A DNA stretch of 62,998 nucleotides, filler included, from Dugesia japonica (Eukaryota): assembly GCA_001938525.1 (NCBI GenBank). It is 6 parts of 6 records of this genome, joined end to end, with 100 filler letters (N's around TTAATTAATTAA, not from the genome) between each part and the next. Parts side by side here need not be neighbours in the genome. Positions count along the whole stretch, not along the records: positions 1 to 11,924 come from MQRL01530001.1; 5 more parts are not named here. One strand, 5' to 3'. Numbering within the stretch: position 1 is the first letter of the stretch; every line of letters begins with the position of its first letter. Below the pieces are notes generated by a model. That model did no database searches and was not told the origin of the DNA. It was given only the letters and a program-made list of their open reading frames with translations. Both the position numbers and the translations under genes were made by a program. Positions 1-11,904 of this stretch are shown here, in pieces.

Positions 1-170
1 TTAACACTTTCGATTTATTTAATATTGTAAATTCTAAACCAATAAGAATTGATTTCAATCGAAATAATTCGAAGTGAATTACTAATTGAATTGAACAATA
101 CTTCTTGATGAATGTTGAACAAACTAGTAAAATAGAAATAAATAATTTTTTTTTGTTAATTATTTTATCA

Positions 171-237
<67 letters not shown>

Positions 238-238
238 T
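171..238. repeat. (ATT)n microsatellite in the DCX intron
   Basis: Trinucleotide tandem seen directly. Confidence 0.95.
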
Positions 239-252
239 CAACAAAATATTAC

Positions 253-614
253 CCAATCATTTGTAGTTTCTCTCCCGTAGCCAATGCAACATAATTTGAA
301 TTTGGCTGAATTTCATTGTATGTTTGGACTTTTGTACCAGTTTGAGGTGTATGAATACTTCGTATAGGTCCTGTTCTAGGATTTAAAGTTGAGGTTAAAT
401 CTTCAAGAAATGCATCCCATGTTCTTAATTGTTTTTTATTGTAAACAAATCGCCGAGAAGACGAAAACATATCTCCATTTCGATGGATGTACACATTTTT
501 AACAAAGTTATTGTCATCATTTCCGTAGTCATTAGAACGTGCTGTGAAATCATTTTCTCTTGGTGTAAATTCATTATTTATATTTTGAATATTTTCTTCT
601 GAATCCATTCTCAT
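253..614 (-). CDS. First coding exon of a doublecortin (DCX) domain protein, DCDC2-like
   Basis: Translation VYIHRNGDMFSSSRRFVYNKKQLRTWDAFLEDLT...GPIRSIHTPQTGTKV...YVALATGEKL fits the DCX domain (RNGD, T-W/F-D-x-F-L, G-x-R-x-I-x-T-P, YVA). It ends at a GG|GTAAT donor at 252. Confidence 0.85.
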
Positions 615-654
615 TGATAAATAAGCTCACGTTTTCTGCTAATATATAATTATT

Positions 655-667
655 GTTGCTAAGCAAT
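655..667 (-). promoter_or_regulatory. Putative RFX X-box upstream of the DCX gene
   Basis: The minus strand reads ATTGCTTAGCAAC, about 40 bp upstream of the ATG. It is an imperfect palindrome matching the RFX consensus. Confidence 0.5.
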
Positions 668-1062
668 CTAACTGATTATTTTATTGCATTCCATTGTTTT
701 TATATTTACTTTTACTGACCATACGACATCGTAATTCTGCAAAAGTAAGTCGCCAATTAGTTTTTGAAGATGTTGAAAAAAANNNNNNNNNNNNNNNNNN
801 NNNNNTTTTATATAAATTTTGAGCTCAAGCACGCTAGAAACAATGAACTAAGTGTATCAATGATTTCAAAATTCATGGATAACATTAAAACAAATTCTTT
901 CATTTAATTATTTAAATCATTTTATTGTTTTTGTTTTAATTATCGGTAATAATTGATCGAATTTTTTCAGATAGATTTCACAAGCTATTTAATCGAAATT
1001 TTTCAAAAATTGAAAAAAAAACTATTAAATAAAAGTTTAGCATCCAATCCTTTGTTTTCATA

Positions 1063-1068
1063 ATAATC

Positions 1069-1130
<62 letters not shown>

Positions 1131-1200
1131 NNNNNNNNNNNNNNNNNNNNNNNNNNNNNNNNNNNNNNNNNNNNNNNNNNATAATAATAATAATAATAAT

Positions 1201-1246
<46 letters not shown>

Positions 1247-1250
1247 TAAT
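1063..1250. repeat. (AAT)n microsatellite spanning a gap
   Basis: Seen directly. Similar arrays lie at about 13950-14135, 15560-15612, 27340-27523, 44097-44170, 48108-48155 and 59590-59656. Confidence 0.95.
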
Positions 1251-2122
1251 AATTTTTTAATTATTTATTAGAATTCAATTAGATAATAAAATTAATAAAA
1301 AATAAGAAATAATATGGATTGTTATTATAAATTTTAATTTATTTAACCGTAATGTTTTATCAATTTATTTTATCAATTTTATTTTGCTTCGCCAAACTCT
1401 NTTGAAAATAATTTACTAACGATTTTTAATAATATTGATACAATAACCATTGTTTACATCAAAAATATGAAAAATCAGACTGCTTTTCTAAGAGATAAAT
1501 TAGTTCACATGAAACTGCTAATTGGAAGCTTAGCAGATTATTCATTTAGAAATGAGTTGGATTGCGTGAATTACTTTCAAATTAACTATTATCATAAAAC
1601 TTTGTAAATAACACTTTTACTACTTAAAAAGAATTGAATGGTCAAATAGAAATCATCAAATGGACTTAATCGCTCAATCGTAGTGTTTTTGACATTATAA
1701 ATAAAGAGAAAAACAATCTATTTTTAATATTTTTTTTAATATTTTTTAAAGTATCTAGACATATAAAGATTCTTTATTAAACTTTCCGGTGTTATGATTG
1801 GTAGTTACAAATTTTACGCAAATCATTTTTTGNAAAAATGCGATTTTTCAACCAAAATGGAAAATTCTAGGCTTTTATTTTAAACATTTAATAAACCTTA
1901 CCTATTATTTTCTTTTTTAGTTAAATTTATTGATTGCCTCAAAGTTTGTAAAGGTTTCTTAGTTACTATCCCTCTTTTTGTTCGAGTTCAACAAACCAAT
2001 AAGTGACTCGCCTTGATTATTAATAATGAATGAAAAAAATATTATTAAAAATCTCGGAAGCAAAACTAATGAATAATCGTATTAGTTAATGCAATATTAT
2101 TTCCATAAATAATTTATTGATA

Positions 2123-2530
2123 TACGAGGATAGTTCTATAATCACTGTTAAAATAAACCGAAGGAGAATATATTTACACTATTCAAAGTTTATTTTTTAA
2201 CATAACTTTCATTAAGCTCCGTACGGTTATTCCAAGATTTATCGATTATTTTTATTCCTTCATTGTAGTATGATTTATCCAAACCCTCTAAACTCGTATT
2301 GACTTTACTGATGACTTTGGCATTTGATCTGGATTTTCTACTTGCAAGCTGATACTTCAATTCCGTGAACAAAAGAAATCAAAAGAACTAAATCGGGAGA
2401 ATATGATAGCTATTGAAACTATAGTCTTGAAGTTTCGTCATTGCAGTAGTCGACATAAGAGGAGGTGCTTTGTCATGAAGGAACTGCACCGTATTACTCG
2501 AATCTCTTCATTTAAGTACACCAATAATGT
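2123..2530 (-). mobile_element. Mariner transposase 3' remnant with terminal TIR
   Basis: Minus-strand FLHDKAPP (degenerate HDNA motif) and a C-terminus LKYQLASRK...LDKSYYNEGIK...WNNRTELNESYVK. A TA-CGAGG terminus lies at 2123. Confidence 0.75.
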
Positions 2531-4176
2531 AGGATAATAAAACGGTTAAATTAATAAGCTCTATATTAATTTACTAGGCATATTCAGTAAATCGGTGAAA
2601 AGTAAAACTGATTTCAGCACTAGTATCATGACACTTCTTTATTTACAAATAGATATTGAAGAGGAAAATTATAATTTTAAAAATCTAAATTCTAAAATAA
2701 CGAGAATCCCAAAATTTACCAGTCATAACTTTTCAAACAAATGTGATTATTATCGTCTTTTTTCGAGCTTGTTCCTTGATATTGTTCACTGTTTTGATTG
2801 ATTTTTGGTTTCGAATGTAAAGCGATAGATCAATGATTTATCAACAGTAATAAAACGCTAAAAAATGTCATTTGGATTGCATTTTAACAGGGTCATAAAT
2901 AACTATTAATAGCACATGCGCTCACAGTTTTAGTCAACTGGTAACAAATACGGCAGTTTTCTCATTTCCAAATATTTTCGCAAATTTGTAAATATGGATT
3001 CCAATGAAATTTGCACTATTAAATGAAAGGTTGGTTTAATTTATATTTGGAAGTTATTGCACCAAGATTTCCAATCATTTGTTCTTTATCATTTACACTG
3101 GACTGTGCAAATAAGTTACGAATACTCTTTAATATCAATCTGATTTTGCTTTAGAATGATAATTAGACTATTTCTTTTTCTTTAAACTCTTATTTTTAGC
3201 TTTCAATGTATTCACGGTTTTTTATGTCTCCTCATGTCTAACAATGAGGATTTTATTTTGGTCCGCCNNNNNNNNNNNNNNNNNNNNNNNNNNNNNNNNN
3301 NNNNNNNNNNNNNNNNNCAGTAGTCGACATAAGAGGAGGTGCTTTGTCATGAAGGAACTGCACCGTATTACTCGAATCTCTTCATTTAAGTGCACCAATA
3401 ATGTAGGATAATAAAACGGTTAAATTAATAAGCTCTATATTAATTTACTAGGGATATTCAGTAAATCCGTGAAAAGTAAAACAGATTTCAGCACTAGTAT
3501 CATGACACTTCTTTATTTACAAATAGGTATTGAAGAGGAAAATTATAAATTCAAAAATCTAAATTCTAAAATAAATCTAAGCATATTTTTCCTTTTTTAA
3601 ATTAATGAACGAGAATCCCAAAATTTACCAGTCATAACTTTTCAAACAAATGTGATTATTATCGTCTTTTTTCGAGCTGGTTCCTTGATATTGTCCACTG
3701 TTTTGATTGATTTTTGGTTTCGAATGTAAAGCGATAGATCAATGATTTATCAACACTAATAAAACGCTGAAAAATGTCATTTGAATTGCATTTTAACAGG
3801 GTCAGAAATAACTATAAATAGCGCATGCGCTCACAGTCTTAGTCAACTGGGAACAAATACGGCAGTTTTCTCATTTCCAAATATTTTCGCACATTTGTAA
3901 ATATGGATTCCATTGAAATTTGCACTATTAAATAAAAAGTTGGTTTAATTTATATTTGGAAGTTATTGCACCAAGATTTCAAATCATTTGTTCTTTATCA
4001 TATACACTGGACTGTGCCAATAAGTTACGAATACTCTTAAATATCAATCTGCTTTTGCTTTAGAATGATAATTAGACTATTTCTTTTTCTTTAAACTCTT
4101 AATTTTAGCTTTCAATGTATTCACGGTTTTTTATGTCTCCTCATGTCTAACAATGAGGATTTTATTTTGGTCCGCC
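2444..4176 (+). repeat. Near-identical tandem duplication (2444-3267 and 3318-4176) separated by an N gap
   Basis: Both copies start cagtagtcgacataagagg and end ttttggtccgcc. They differ by scattered substitutions and a roughly 35-bp indel. Confidence 0.9.
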
Positions 4177-5089
4177 GTTATTTTCTGCTGGATAAAAACA
4201 TATAATTCATAGTAAAATCTATGAGGAAATAATTATTATTTAATAATTTCATACAAAAGAAATTGAGTTAACTGAATATTAATATTGAAACTAATGTAAT
4301 CGTTTATATTTATTTTATCAAACATGTGTTGTAGTAGTTAAATAAATGATGTCTAAAATATTATTTTTGATTTGTAAAAGGAATTATCAATTGAAGATTT
4401 ACTTAACAAAACCATTATGAACTAAGTAATTTTTTCGAGGTAAGCCGCCCCGTGATTAAAGTATGAGAGTAGAAAAAAACATTTGCAGAATTGTATTTGA
4501 CTTAAATTTAGTTTATGCGTCATTATATTTTTAAAAAAGAAAAGAAAAAAAGATACATAGTTACCGTCGACGTGAAATACAAATGAGGTCAGGTAAAAAA
4601 ATCTCAACAACCACCTGCATTTTCGGTACCTTATTTGGTCTTATTCGTTCGTCTGCTCAGGACGTGAGTAGGTAGATAGTGGTACCACACCCCAATTTTT
4701 AAAGCAGTTATCGCGCACCCACTTCCCTCGGGGGGTTCGGAAACACATTACGATTGTGGTAAGAATTTTGTGCAATGATTTTTTGGTTTGTTTTTTTTCT
4801 AAGACTTTTAGGATCAAAAAAAATTTGATCGGATCAAAATTTTTTTGATCTTGTGATGGGTGTATTTTTAATTTTTAAAATTTGTGTGTGTTTGGGTTAC
4901 TAAGGGGTTTTTTAAAAAGTAGGTCAAGTTGAGTTTGTGTGTGTGGTTGTGTGTGTGAAAGAATGGTTTTGAACTCGAGGAGGAGCTGGAGATTTTGGAA
5001 ATAATTTTTTGGGGTTTTTAAGATTTTGTTGTTGTTGGACAAAAATTTGGTCTATACATTGTCTAAAAGACTTATGGGGTGGGATGGAT

Positions 5090-5330
5090 GAAGTTTGCTA
5101 GAAGGGTAGTGGCGCCACTCCACAGTCATATGAGTTATCATGGCTTGTTTTCTGGGAGGCTGTAGGGTTGTAGGACGTTATTGGATTTGGATGATTAATG
5201 TGTTGTTGGAAAGGTAATGTGATGGAAAATATTTTGTATGTCAAATGTGCTTTGATTTTTTATTTTAAGAGTTTTAATTTGATGGATTGTTTTTTGTAAG
5301 TAGTATAAGTGTGTTAAAAAAATTTTCGAG
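5090..5330 (-). pseudogene. Possible clan-CE (Ulp1/C48-like) cysteine protease remnant
   Basis: The minus strand reads HDNSYDCGV at about 5116-5142, like the Q-x-N-x-Y-D-C-G-V catalytic Cys motif. An upstream TLILL...*NS* could be a decayed HWxLL...YDS. Several stops are present. Confidence 0.4.
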
Positions 5331-5714
5331 ANNNNNNNNNNNNNNNNNNNNNNNNNNNNNNNNNNNNNNNNNNNNNNNNNNNNNNNNNNNNNNNNNNNNN
5401 NNNNNNNNNNNNNNNNNNNNNNNNNNNNNNNNNNNNNNNNNNNNNNNNNNNNNNNNNNNNNNNNNNNNNNNNNNNNNNNNNNNNNNNNNNNNNNGTACTT
5501 TTGAGTATTTATCGAGTATTTTTGAGTATGAAGGGTGGGTTTTCATATTTTTAGAGCAGGGAAGAGGGAAGTCTTGTTATTTTTTGGCGGGAAATTTGAA
5601 AAAAATATTTTTTGAAAGGAAATTCAAATAAATATATTTTGGTGGTAAATTTAAAATTTATATTTCAATGGGGGAATTTTTTTAATATTAATATTAAATT
5701 AAATTATTTTTTTT

Positions 5715-5880
5715 GAGAAGACTATATTTATATATGAGATAGGACAGTCTTGATATTTTGCAAGGGACGAGGGGAGTCTCTATATTTAGCATGATATGAG
5801 GCAGTCTTGATATTTTGCATGAGGAGCCTCTATATTTAACATGAGATAGGGTAGACTTGATATTTTTGTAAGATATATTG
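5715..5880 (+). repeat. Three degenerate ~50-bp direct repeats upstream of the ATPase
   Basis: Recurrent ctatattta..atgagatagg..agtcttgatattttgca unit. Confidence 0.7.
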
Positions 5881-6067
5881 AGGCAGTCTAAAATTCCATG
5901 GCATAAGATTCTCAATATATGTGTGTTGCATATGAGTTGCATACCTATTGCATTTATTTATAAAAATCACTTTAAATTTACAGGCATGTGATTTTCAATG
6001 TATGTGTGTTGCATATCTATTGTATACATATTGCATTAACTTTCAATTATAAACAATGTAATAAATT

Positions 6068-6451
6068 ATGAATAAATTAAAGAAAAATCAAGATTAAGAA
6101 ATGACGCAGTCTGTGAAATTGTTGGACCTAGCGGTAGCGGTAAAACATTGTTTGTATGCCAATTATTGAAATTAAAGTATATTTAAGTCTAAATTTAAAA
6201 ACATATACTGGTATAGAGGTGTAGATGAGGAGCATGTATTGACTAAATCTGAATTTTGTAATATTAAAATGAAAATCATAAATGGTTTTGATTCTAATTG
6301 NNNNNNNNNNNNAAGACCTGGTGATGTTATTGTTGTTGATGATCTGTATCAGGAGGCAAACAAAGAAAAAGATTTCAGTAATTTATTCACAAAGATATCG
6401 AGACATCGTAATGTGAATGTGATATTTATTACTCAAAAGCAGAGAGAATAA
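6068..6451 (+). pseudogene. A32/FtsK-HerA-type DNA packaging ATPase (Polinton/adintovirus)
   Basis: Walker A CEIVGPSGSGKTLFV (about 6112-6156), Walker B DVIVVDDLY, and the arginine-finger region LFTKISRHRNVNVIFITQ. Interrupted by a stop or frameshift. Confidence 0.9.
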
Positions 6452-7610
6452 AAGGAGAATACAATCTGGAGTCCTTTATAAATCCAATGACATAAATATC
6501 CAATAACGAAATTTTGTTGTATAAATATAAGTTAGAGAAGAGACTACAAAAAGGTTTTCATGCTTCAATATAAATTCAATCTCTTAGAAATAGTTTGGAA
6601 ATAATATCATTATTAATATTAATACAATAATTATTTTTTAATTAGATATTAAGAAAAGAAGAAATCATTAAAAAGCTTGAATTCGATCCTAAAGTTCTTG
6701 AAAACATGTCATTTTTGATGAAAAACTTGGTAAGGCTTTTTGAACTTGATGCGCCAACAGCAGCTATCGAGATTTATAAGGAAAAAAAGTGAACATTAAT
6801 AATAAATTGAACATTGACATACAATATTAAAGTCCAGAGATAATTAATATAAACAGAACAAATGCTAAAATGCAAGCTCTTTCCATTGCATTTGGTAAGC
6901 AAAGATAGTGTCGTGTGGATAGGAAGAAATGTAACGATAATATATTTTATCATGTAAACTTATTAATTATTAGTTTAAATCCAGTGTGTAATTTCAAACA
7001 ATCACACCAATATCTTGTTTCTTGGTTGTTAAAGACTTTATTTGTCAAGTGTTGTAAAAATTTTGTCTACTTTTATGTGTTGTTTTTTTTAATGTTATAT
7101 AATAAATCTTATTTAATCAAAGTCTTTTTTATTTTAAACATAGTTTTAATTAAATCGTTTAATAAAAAAAATCTTTTTTAAATTACTTTCTTGAATTGTT
7201 GGTAATATTTTTAATTCGGATACGAAATAATTTCTTTCAATATTTACCAGCTTTTCTTCTATAATAAGGTCTAAATTCATTATTAATGAACATTTAAATT
7301 ATTTTTGTATATATTTAACATGCTCCTGTCATGCACAATGGGTTTTTGCAATAAAAAAACTTAATAAATAATAAAAGAACTTAACAAATAATAAAAAAAC
7401 AAATGATAATAACAACGTTTATTTAAATAAAAACAATAATGTACAATTTTAGTCCTAAACAGGACCGGTTATACGTTCACAAATGTTTTTTTGAGAATGT
7501 TTTCTTTTGTAATCTAAATAAAAANNNNNNNNNNNNNNNNNNNNNNNNNNNNNNNNNNNNNNNNNNNNNNNNNNCCAGACTTGATCGAACGAACGATTTT
7601 ATGGAAAAAA

Positions 7611-9840
7611 CTACTTAATACTATCATGACCATATGAGACACTGTTGTTTTCATCTACCCATACGCGCTTATCGTCAGTGTTTGTTAGTGCTAATTTGTT
7701 TGACTTAATGCTAAATGATTGATAATTTTTGGTGGTTATCCTAAATTGTTTCACCGAGACCGATTTGTTCTCATTATAACAGTCAAGGTAAGACTGATGC
7801 AAAATTTCTGTGTTCTTCAATGTTATGCCTTTTGCTCTCATGCTATTCTTATCTCTGAGCAGGCTATAGCATTTTGGCCTCAAAAATACTCATTCTTGAT
7901 GCTTCTTCCCTTTATTTTCGTCTTTGAATTTCTCTATTACTGAGTTCATACTGTTACTATAAAAAGCATAATCTTTATCATAATTCGAAGTATCAAGAAG
8001 CTGATCTCTCACTATATTTGCTGTTATAGTTTCTAGTTTAATATTTTCTATGTCTAGAAAAAATCTATCTGTATCGCCGGCTACAATATTAATTTTACAA
8101 TTATATTCCTTCCTGTATTTGGCCAACTCAATGTACTGAAGTTTGTACATTCTCAATTTTGAGAGGTCAAGTACAGTTTGTCCTATGTAGCTCGGACAAT
8201 CTAAACAAACTATGTCCTTATTGAGAAGAACAACAATTAAATCATCAACCATTTTTGTAGTTTGCTTAAATCCGGCTTTTGATGTATATGTAATCAGTTT
8301 CTTTGCTGAATTACATAAGCACAGATTGATCCGGTTCTTGAGATTATCCACTGAGTTTCTATATAAACTGTTATTTAATAGTTTAAATTAACTTTTCTCC
8401 AATTTTGTTACACAACTTGATCTGAGAATTGTGTTTGTATTTATATAATTCTCAAAAATTGAAGCCTGGCTGAATTTAACTCCTCAATAAACCTCTGTTA
8501 CTTGAACCCCTAAACTTAAATACATATCTAGCAACTCCAGTGCACTACGTAATTGTTATTGGAGTAGTGCGTTAACATTAATTTCTTCACTTTACAACCT
8601 GTAGCTCTTCTATGTTCTACTGCAACCGGTAAATCATTCAAATAATCATGAATCTCTACTGGAATCACCATATTCACCTCTAGAGTGTATCCATATGACA
8701 ATGAATCTAGGTTTGCATTCTTACACTCTTCCAAAATCATGTCTAATCCATCATAAACCCATTCAAAGTTAGCAAAGGGCAACTTTTGACTAAGTGCCCA
8801 GCCATATAGATTATTAATATCTATATACAAAAGGTAAACATTTTCACTAGTGAGGATATGGTGTTTGTTAACAAATGTTAACCCTCCTCTTATACCTCCT
8901 TCAAAATAGGTATACATATCATTAACTTGGAGCAACTCAATTGGTTTTTCTAATGATATCAACGCAGATGCCCATGACATTCCAGGTATTCCGAAAAAAT
9001 TCAACGGCTCCAAATTGTTGTGTGCTAAAGACTTTGCACGGAATCCAACTTGAAATATAAGATCATATAGTCCAGCAAATTTTTGCAACTGAATATTTCC
9101 CGCACCGATAATGCTTTCTCATACTCTTCCCTACTAACTTAATCCCATTTTGGTGGTATTTGCTTTGTTTCTTCCAGAACCTGTAAGCTCGTTGCAAAAC
9201 TGTACGGAAATATCCCCTTTGACTTGGTAATAATTTTATTCTTAAACATCTCTGTAGTCAAAGGTGTCGCTTTTAAGGATTTGACAGCAGAGTCCAATAA
9301 AGACTTTTTGAAATGATAGCTGTCGATGAATTTAATTGTTGTTTTATTTTGTCATACAATTAAACATAGAAAATTTTTGATGTTGTTGGGATGCATGGTA
9401 TTGCCCAATTCTTGAACTTGTTAATACCATACTTAAGGATATGATGAATATCAATTCCTTGTAAATTATGAAAGACCACTGGTAGTTGAATATGCAATTT
9501 TCTGCTTAGGTTGCATTGGTTGCATGCTGCTCCTCTATATTTTCCTGTGAAATGATCATGGTCACGAACGGGATCTTTTATTTTCTTGTTACATAAATAA
9601 AAAATTTTGCAGCTTTGAATTCTTTATCACATCTTCAAAAACGTTATCAGTTTGGAGCAACGGCTCCATTTGATATCTTACAGGTTTTAAATTCCTCTTC
9701 TTCTCCATCAGCAGTTTTTGTTAACCTTTTGAACTCAACATGTACCCCAAATTGAATTTTAACTTGTTTCATTTCTTCTATTGCCTGAAATAATTTTGCA
9801 ACTATTGCTTTTGGTAACATTTTTTCACGACAATTCAATC
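7611..9840 (-). pseudogene. Protein-primed family B DNA polymerase (pPolB) with N-terminal EndoVII-like motif
   Basis: Motifs in order: DPVRDHDHFTGKYRGAACNQCNL; VVFHNLQGIDIHHI; IKFIDSYHF; KGIFPY; GIRGGLTFV; motif A YIDINNLYGWA; motif B KLLNNSLY; motif C AGDTDRF; LRPKCYS, RAKGI, DDKR. Many frameshifts. Confidence 0.92.
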
Positions 9841-9968
9841 TTGAAACATCTATTTTAAATATCCTATGACAGCGATAAAATCTGATTCTATAATTACTCC
9901 GTCATCCACAGTATTATTTGCTGATCCGCCAATTTAATTATTGTATTCCGCTCTTCTGCATCCATAAA

Positions 9969-10560
9969 TTAATGTAACATGATATCGTCATCACTATTTA
10001 TTATAGATCCACCAACTTGATTATTTTCTTCTTCCATATCGATTATCTGATTTAACACGATATCTTCTTCATCAAGTTCATCAAGTACTTCAAAACTGCT
10101 CCAATCATCAGGTTCAATATTGATTGCATCTTCTTCTTGTACATTATTTGATGTTTCTTCTTCCGGTTTCAAATTGATGATTTCTTAAACAATATATTCA
10201 ATTTTTCCAACTGTTTTATCCTTGATTATTATTTCTTCAACATCATCTTCAATGACAATTATTTCCACTGGTTCATCCTTAACTATTATTTTTTCCATCT
10301 TAATTCTCTTATTTACTTGTGCTTCATAAAATTCACTATCCATCTGCCTATCTAATATTAATTTTAATATATTCTTTTTACTTTTACTAAAACAAGACAT
10401 GTGTTTCTTATGTGTCCTATAAAAACTTNNNNNNNNNNNTAAACCTAATACCTTACAATTAGGACACACAAAATAATTTTTTCCATATAACCGTTGGTCA
10501 TAGTATCCTTCCATGATACAATGGCAGTCATCATTGTGACTCGCACTTGCGCAATGGTTG
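9969..10560 (-). CDS. Small viral-element ORFs: an acidic ORF (9969-10172) and a Cys/His-rich ORF (10185-10560)
   Basis: ORF track. The first is D/E-rich with a QVGG motif. The second has CxxC (CPNCK) and an upstream HCAS...DDCHC. Confidence 0.4.
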
Positions 10561-10719
10561 TATAATTTGCAATGTTCTAAAAATAATTTAATAATAATAT
10601 AATAATTTAATAATAATATAATAATTTTAATAATAACATAATGATTTTAATAACATTTTTTTCTTTATAAAATATATAAGCTATGATATTTTTCCAAAAA
10701 AAACATATAAGAGTAGTAA

Positions 10720-10875
10720 TTTTGAATAAAAAATATCATTAACGATGCAATTTTAAATAAAAATCACATTAGCGATGCAATTTTTAATAAACAATCTCAT
10801 TGACGATGTAATTTTTAATAAAAAGTCACAATAGTGATTATATTTTTAATAATAAATCTCATTTGCGTTGCAATT
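10720..10875. repeat. Five ~31-bp direct repeats inside the Polinton-like element
   Basis: Unit approximately tttttaataaaaatc(a/t)catt..cgatgcaa. Preceded by ~18-bp ataatttaataataatat repeats at 10583-10655. Confidence 0.8.
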
Positions 10876-10934
10876 TAAAAAAAAACATATTAGGTAAACA
10901 CATTGAATTATCAACTATTATTTGTTGTACTTCA

Positions 10935-11500
10935 TTAGTTTCATGCTTTTATATCCATACTGATTTCAACAAAGGTACATTAACATTTCCTACAATTATA
11001 GGTTCAACAAGACTACTATAGATGAACATTTACTGATGTAACTTATTGATTTTCGGATTTCTATCACCTTATATTACACCATTCTTCATATGTGCAAGTG
11101 AATAATATTCTTTTTCTAAGCCAAATGTTCTTGACAAGACTTTATCGAATGGAACTGTTTTGATATCATCTTTCAGTGAGAACTGAAATAAATTATTTGC
11201 TTTGAGAGAAATTGTATTAAATATTTCAGATCCGCTTTCTGTTAAATCTTTACTTAGTTGATCTATTTCTGTTATGTATAATTCATCTTTTAACTGTACA
11301 GTATGATAGGTTACTTTAGAATAAGCCATTCTAATTTTTACATTTTTTAATGAAGAATCATATTTAAATAATGAATACATAATAGAAAGCTATCCTTTGT
11401 CCATTTCGTTTGATTTATATCAGATTCCAAATTTATGTGCGATTTTCTCATGTTCAAATGTGAGTACATATTCACAATACAGATTAACAACAAAGAGTTA
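10935..11500 (-). pseudogene. Polinton minor capsid protein (penton) remnant
   Basis: The minus strand near 11030-10950 reads MFIYSSLVEPIIVGNVNVPLLKSVW, matching the Polinton penton motif (F/Y)xYxxxxEPxxVGDxxxPLL(R/K). The upstream ORF 11069-11380 has LSRTFGL, similar to the LxxxLGF motif. Confidence 0.7.
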
Positions 11501-11816
11501 AATAACCTCTGAAAGATATAAAAGCATTCTCATTTTTCTTGACATTCACGGCTTTTGCTTTGTGATTAAGTGTAACATTTTTTTCATTTACTATATTTTT
11601 TGATGTCATTTATTGAATTTTAGAATTGCTATATAAAGGAAATGTTTGATATACAAAGGTAAAATCTAACAATGCAACTTCTCAACTACCATCCCTATAA
11701 ATTGGATTTTGATGCTCAACAATGAATTTCCTAACATTATTCTCCGGATTAATAAGTGGACAGCTATAGTAGTAGGAAAGGAGGACACGAAGACAGAAGG
11801 GGGGCACCAATCCCCC

Positions 11817-11904
11817 GTTGCCATGGCAACCAATGAAGGTCAAGGTCGTTTCCATGGCAACCAATGTATGGCAAGGTCGTTTCCATGGCAACCGCCTTAG
11901 CAAC
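11817..11904. promoter_or_regulatory. Cluster of three RFX X-boxes at 31-bp period with CCAAT and CAAGGTC motifs
   Basis: GTTGCCATGGCAAC at 11817-11830; GTTTCCATGGCAAC at 11848-11861 and 11879-11892; half-site CTTAGCAAC at about 11896-11904. Confidence 0.65.

Noticed and set aside
2444-4176. Real tandem segmental duplication
   Set aside because: The copies meet exactly at an N gap and differ by a few percent plus one indel; more likely two haplotypes scaffolded in tandem. Needs read-depth checks.
4331-4340. AGTAGT as a Polinton terminus (also at about 11768)
   Set aside because: Too short, with no matching inverted end or TSD.
10720-10875. CRISPR-like array
   Set aside because: Eukaryotic context, no unique spacers and no cas genes; a simple degenerate tandem repeat.
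11682-11903. ORFs 11682-11903(-) and 11709-11900(+) as proteins
   Set aside because: They are by-products of the GC-rich X-box repeats, with no recognisable domain.
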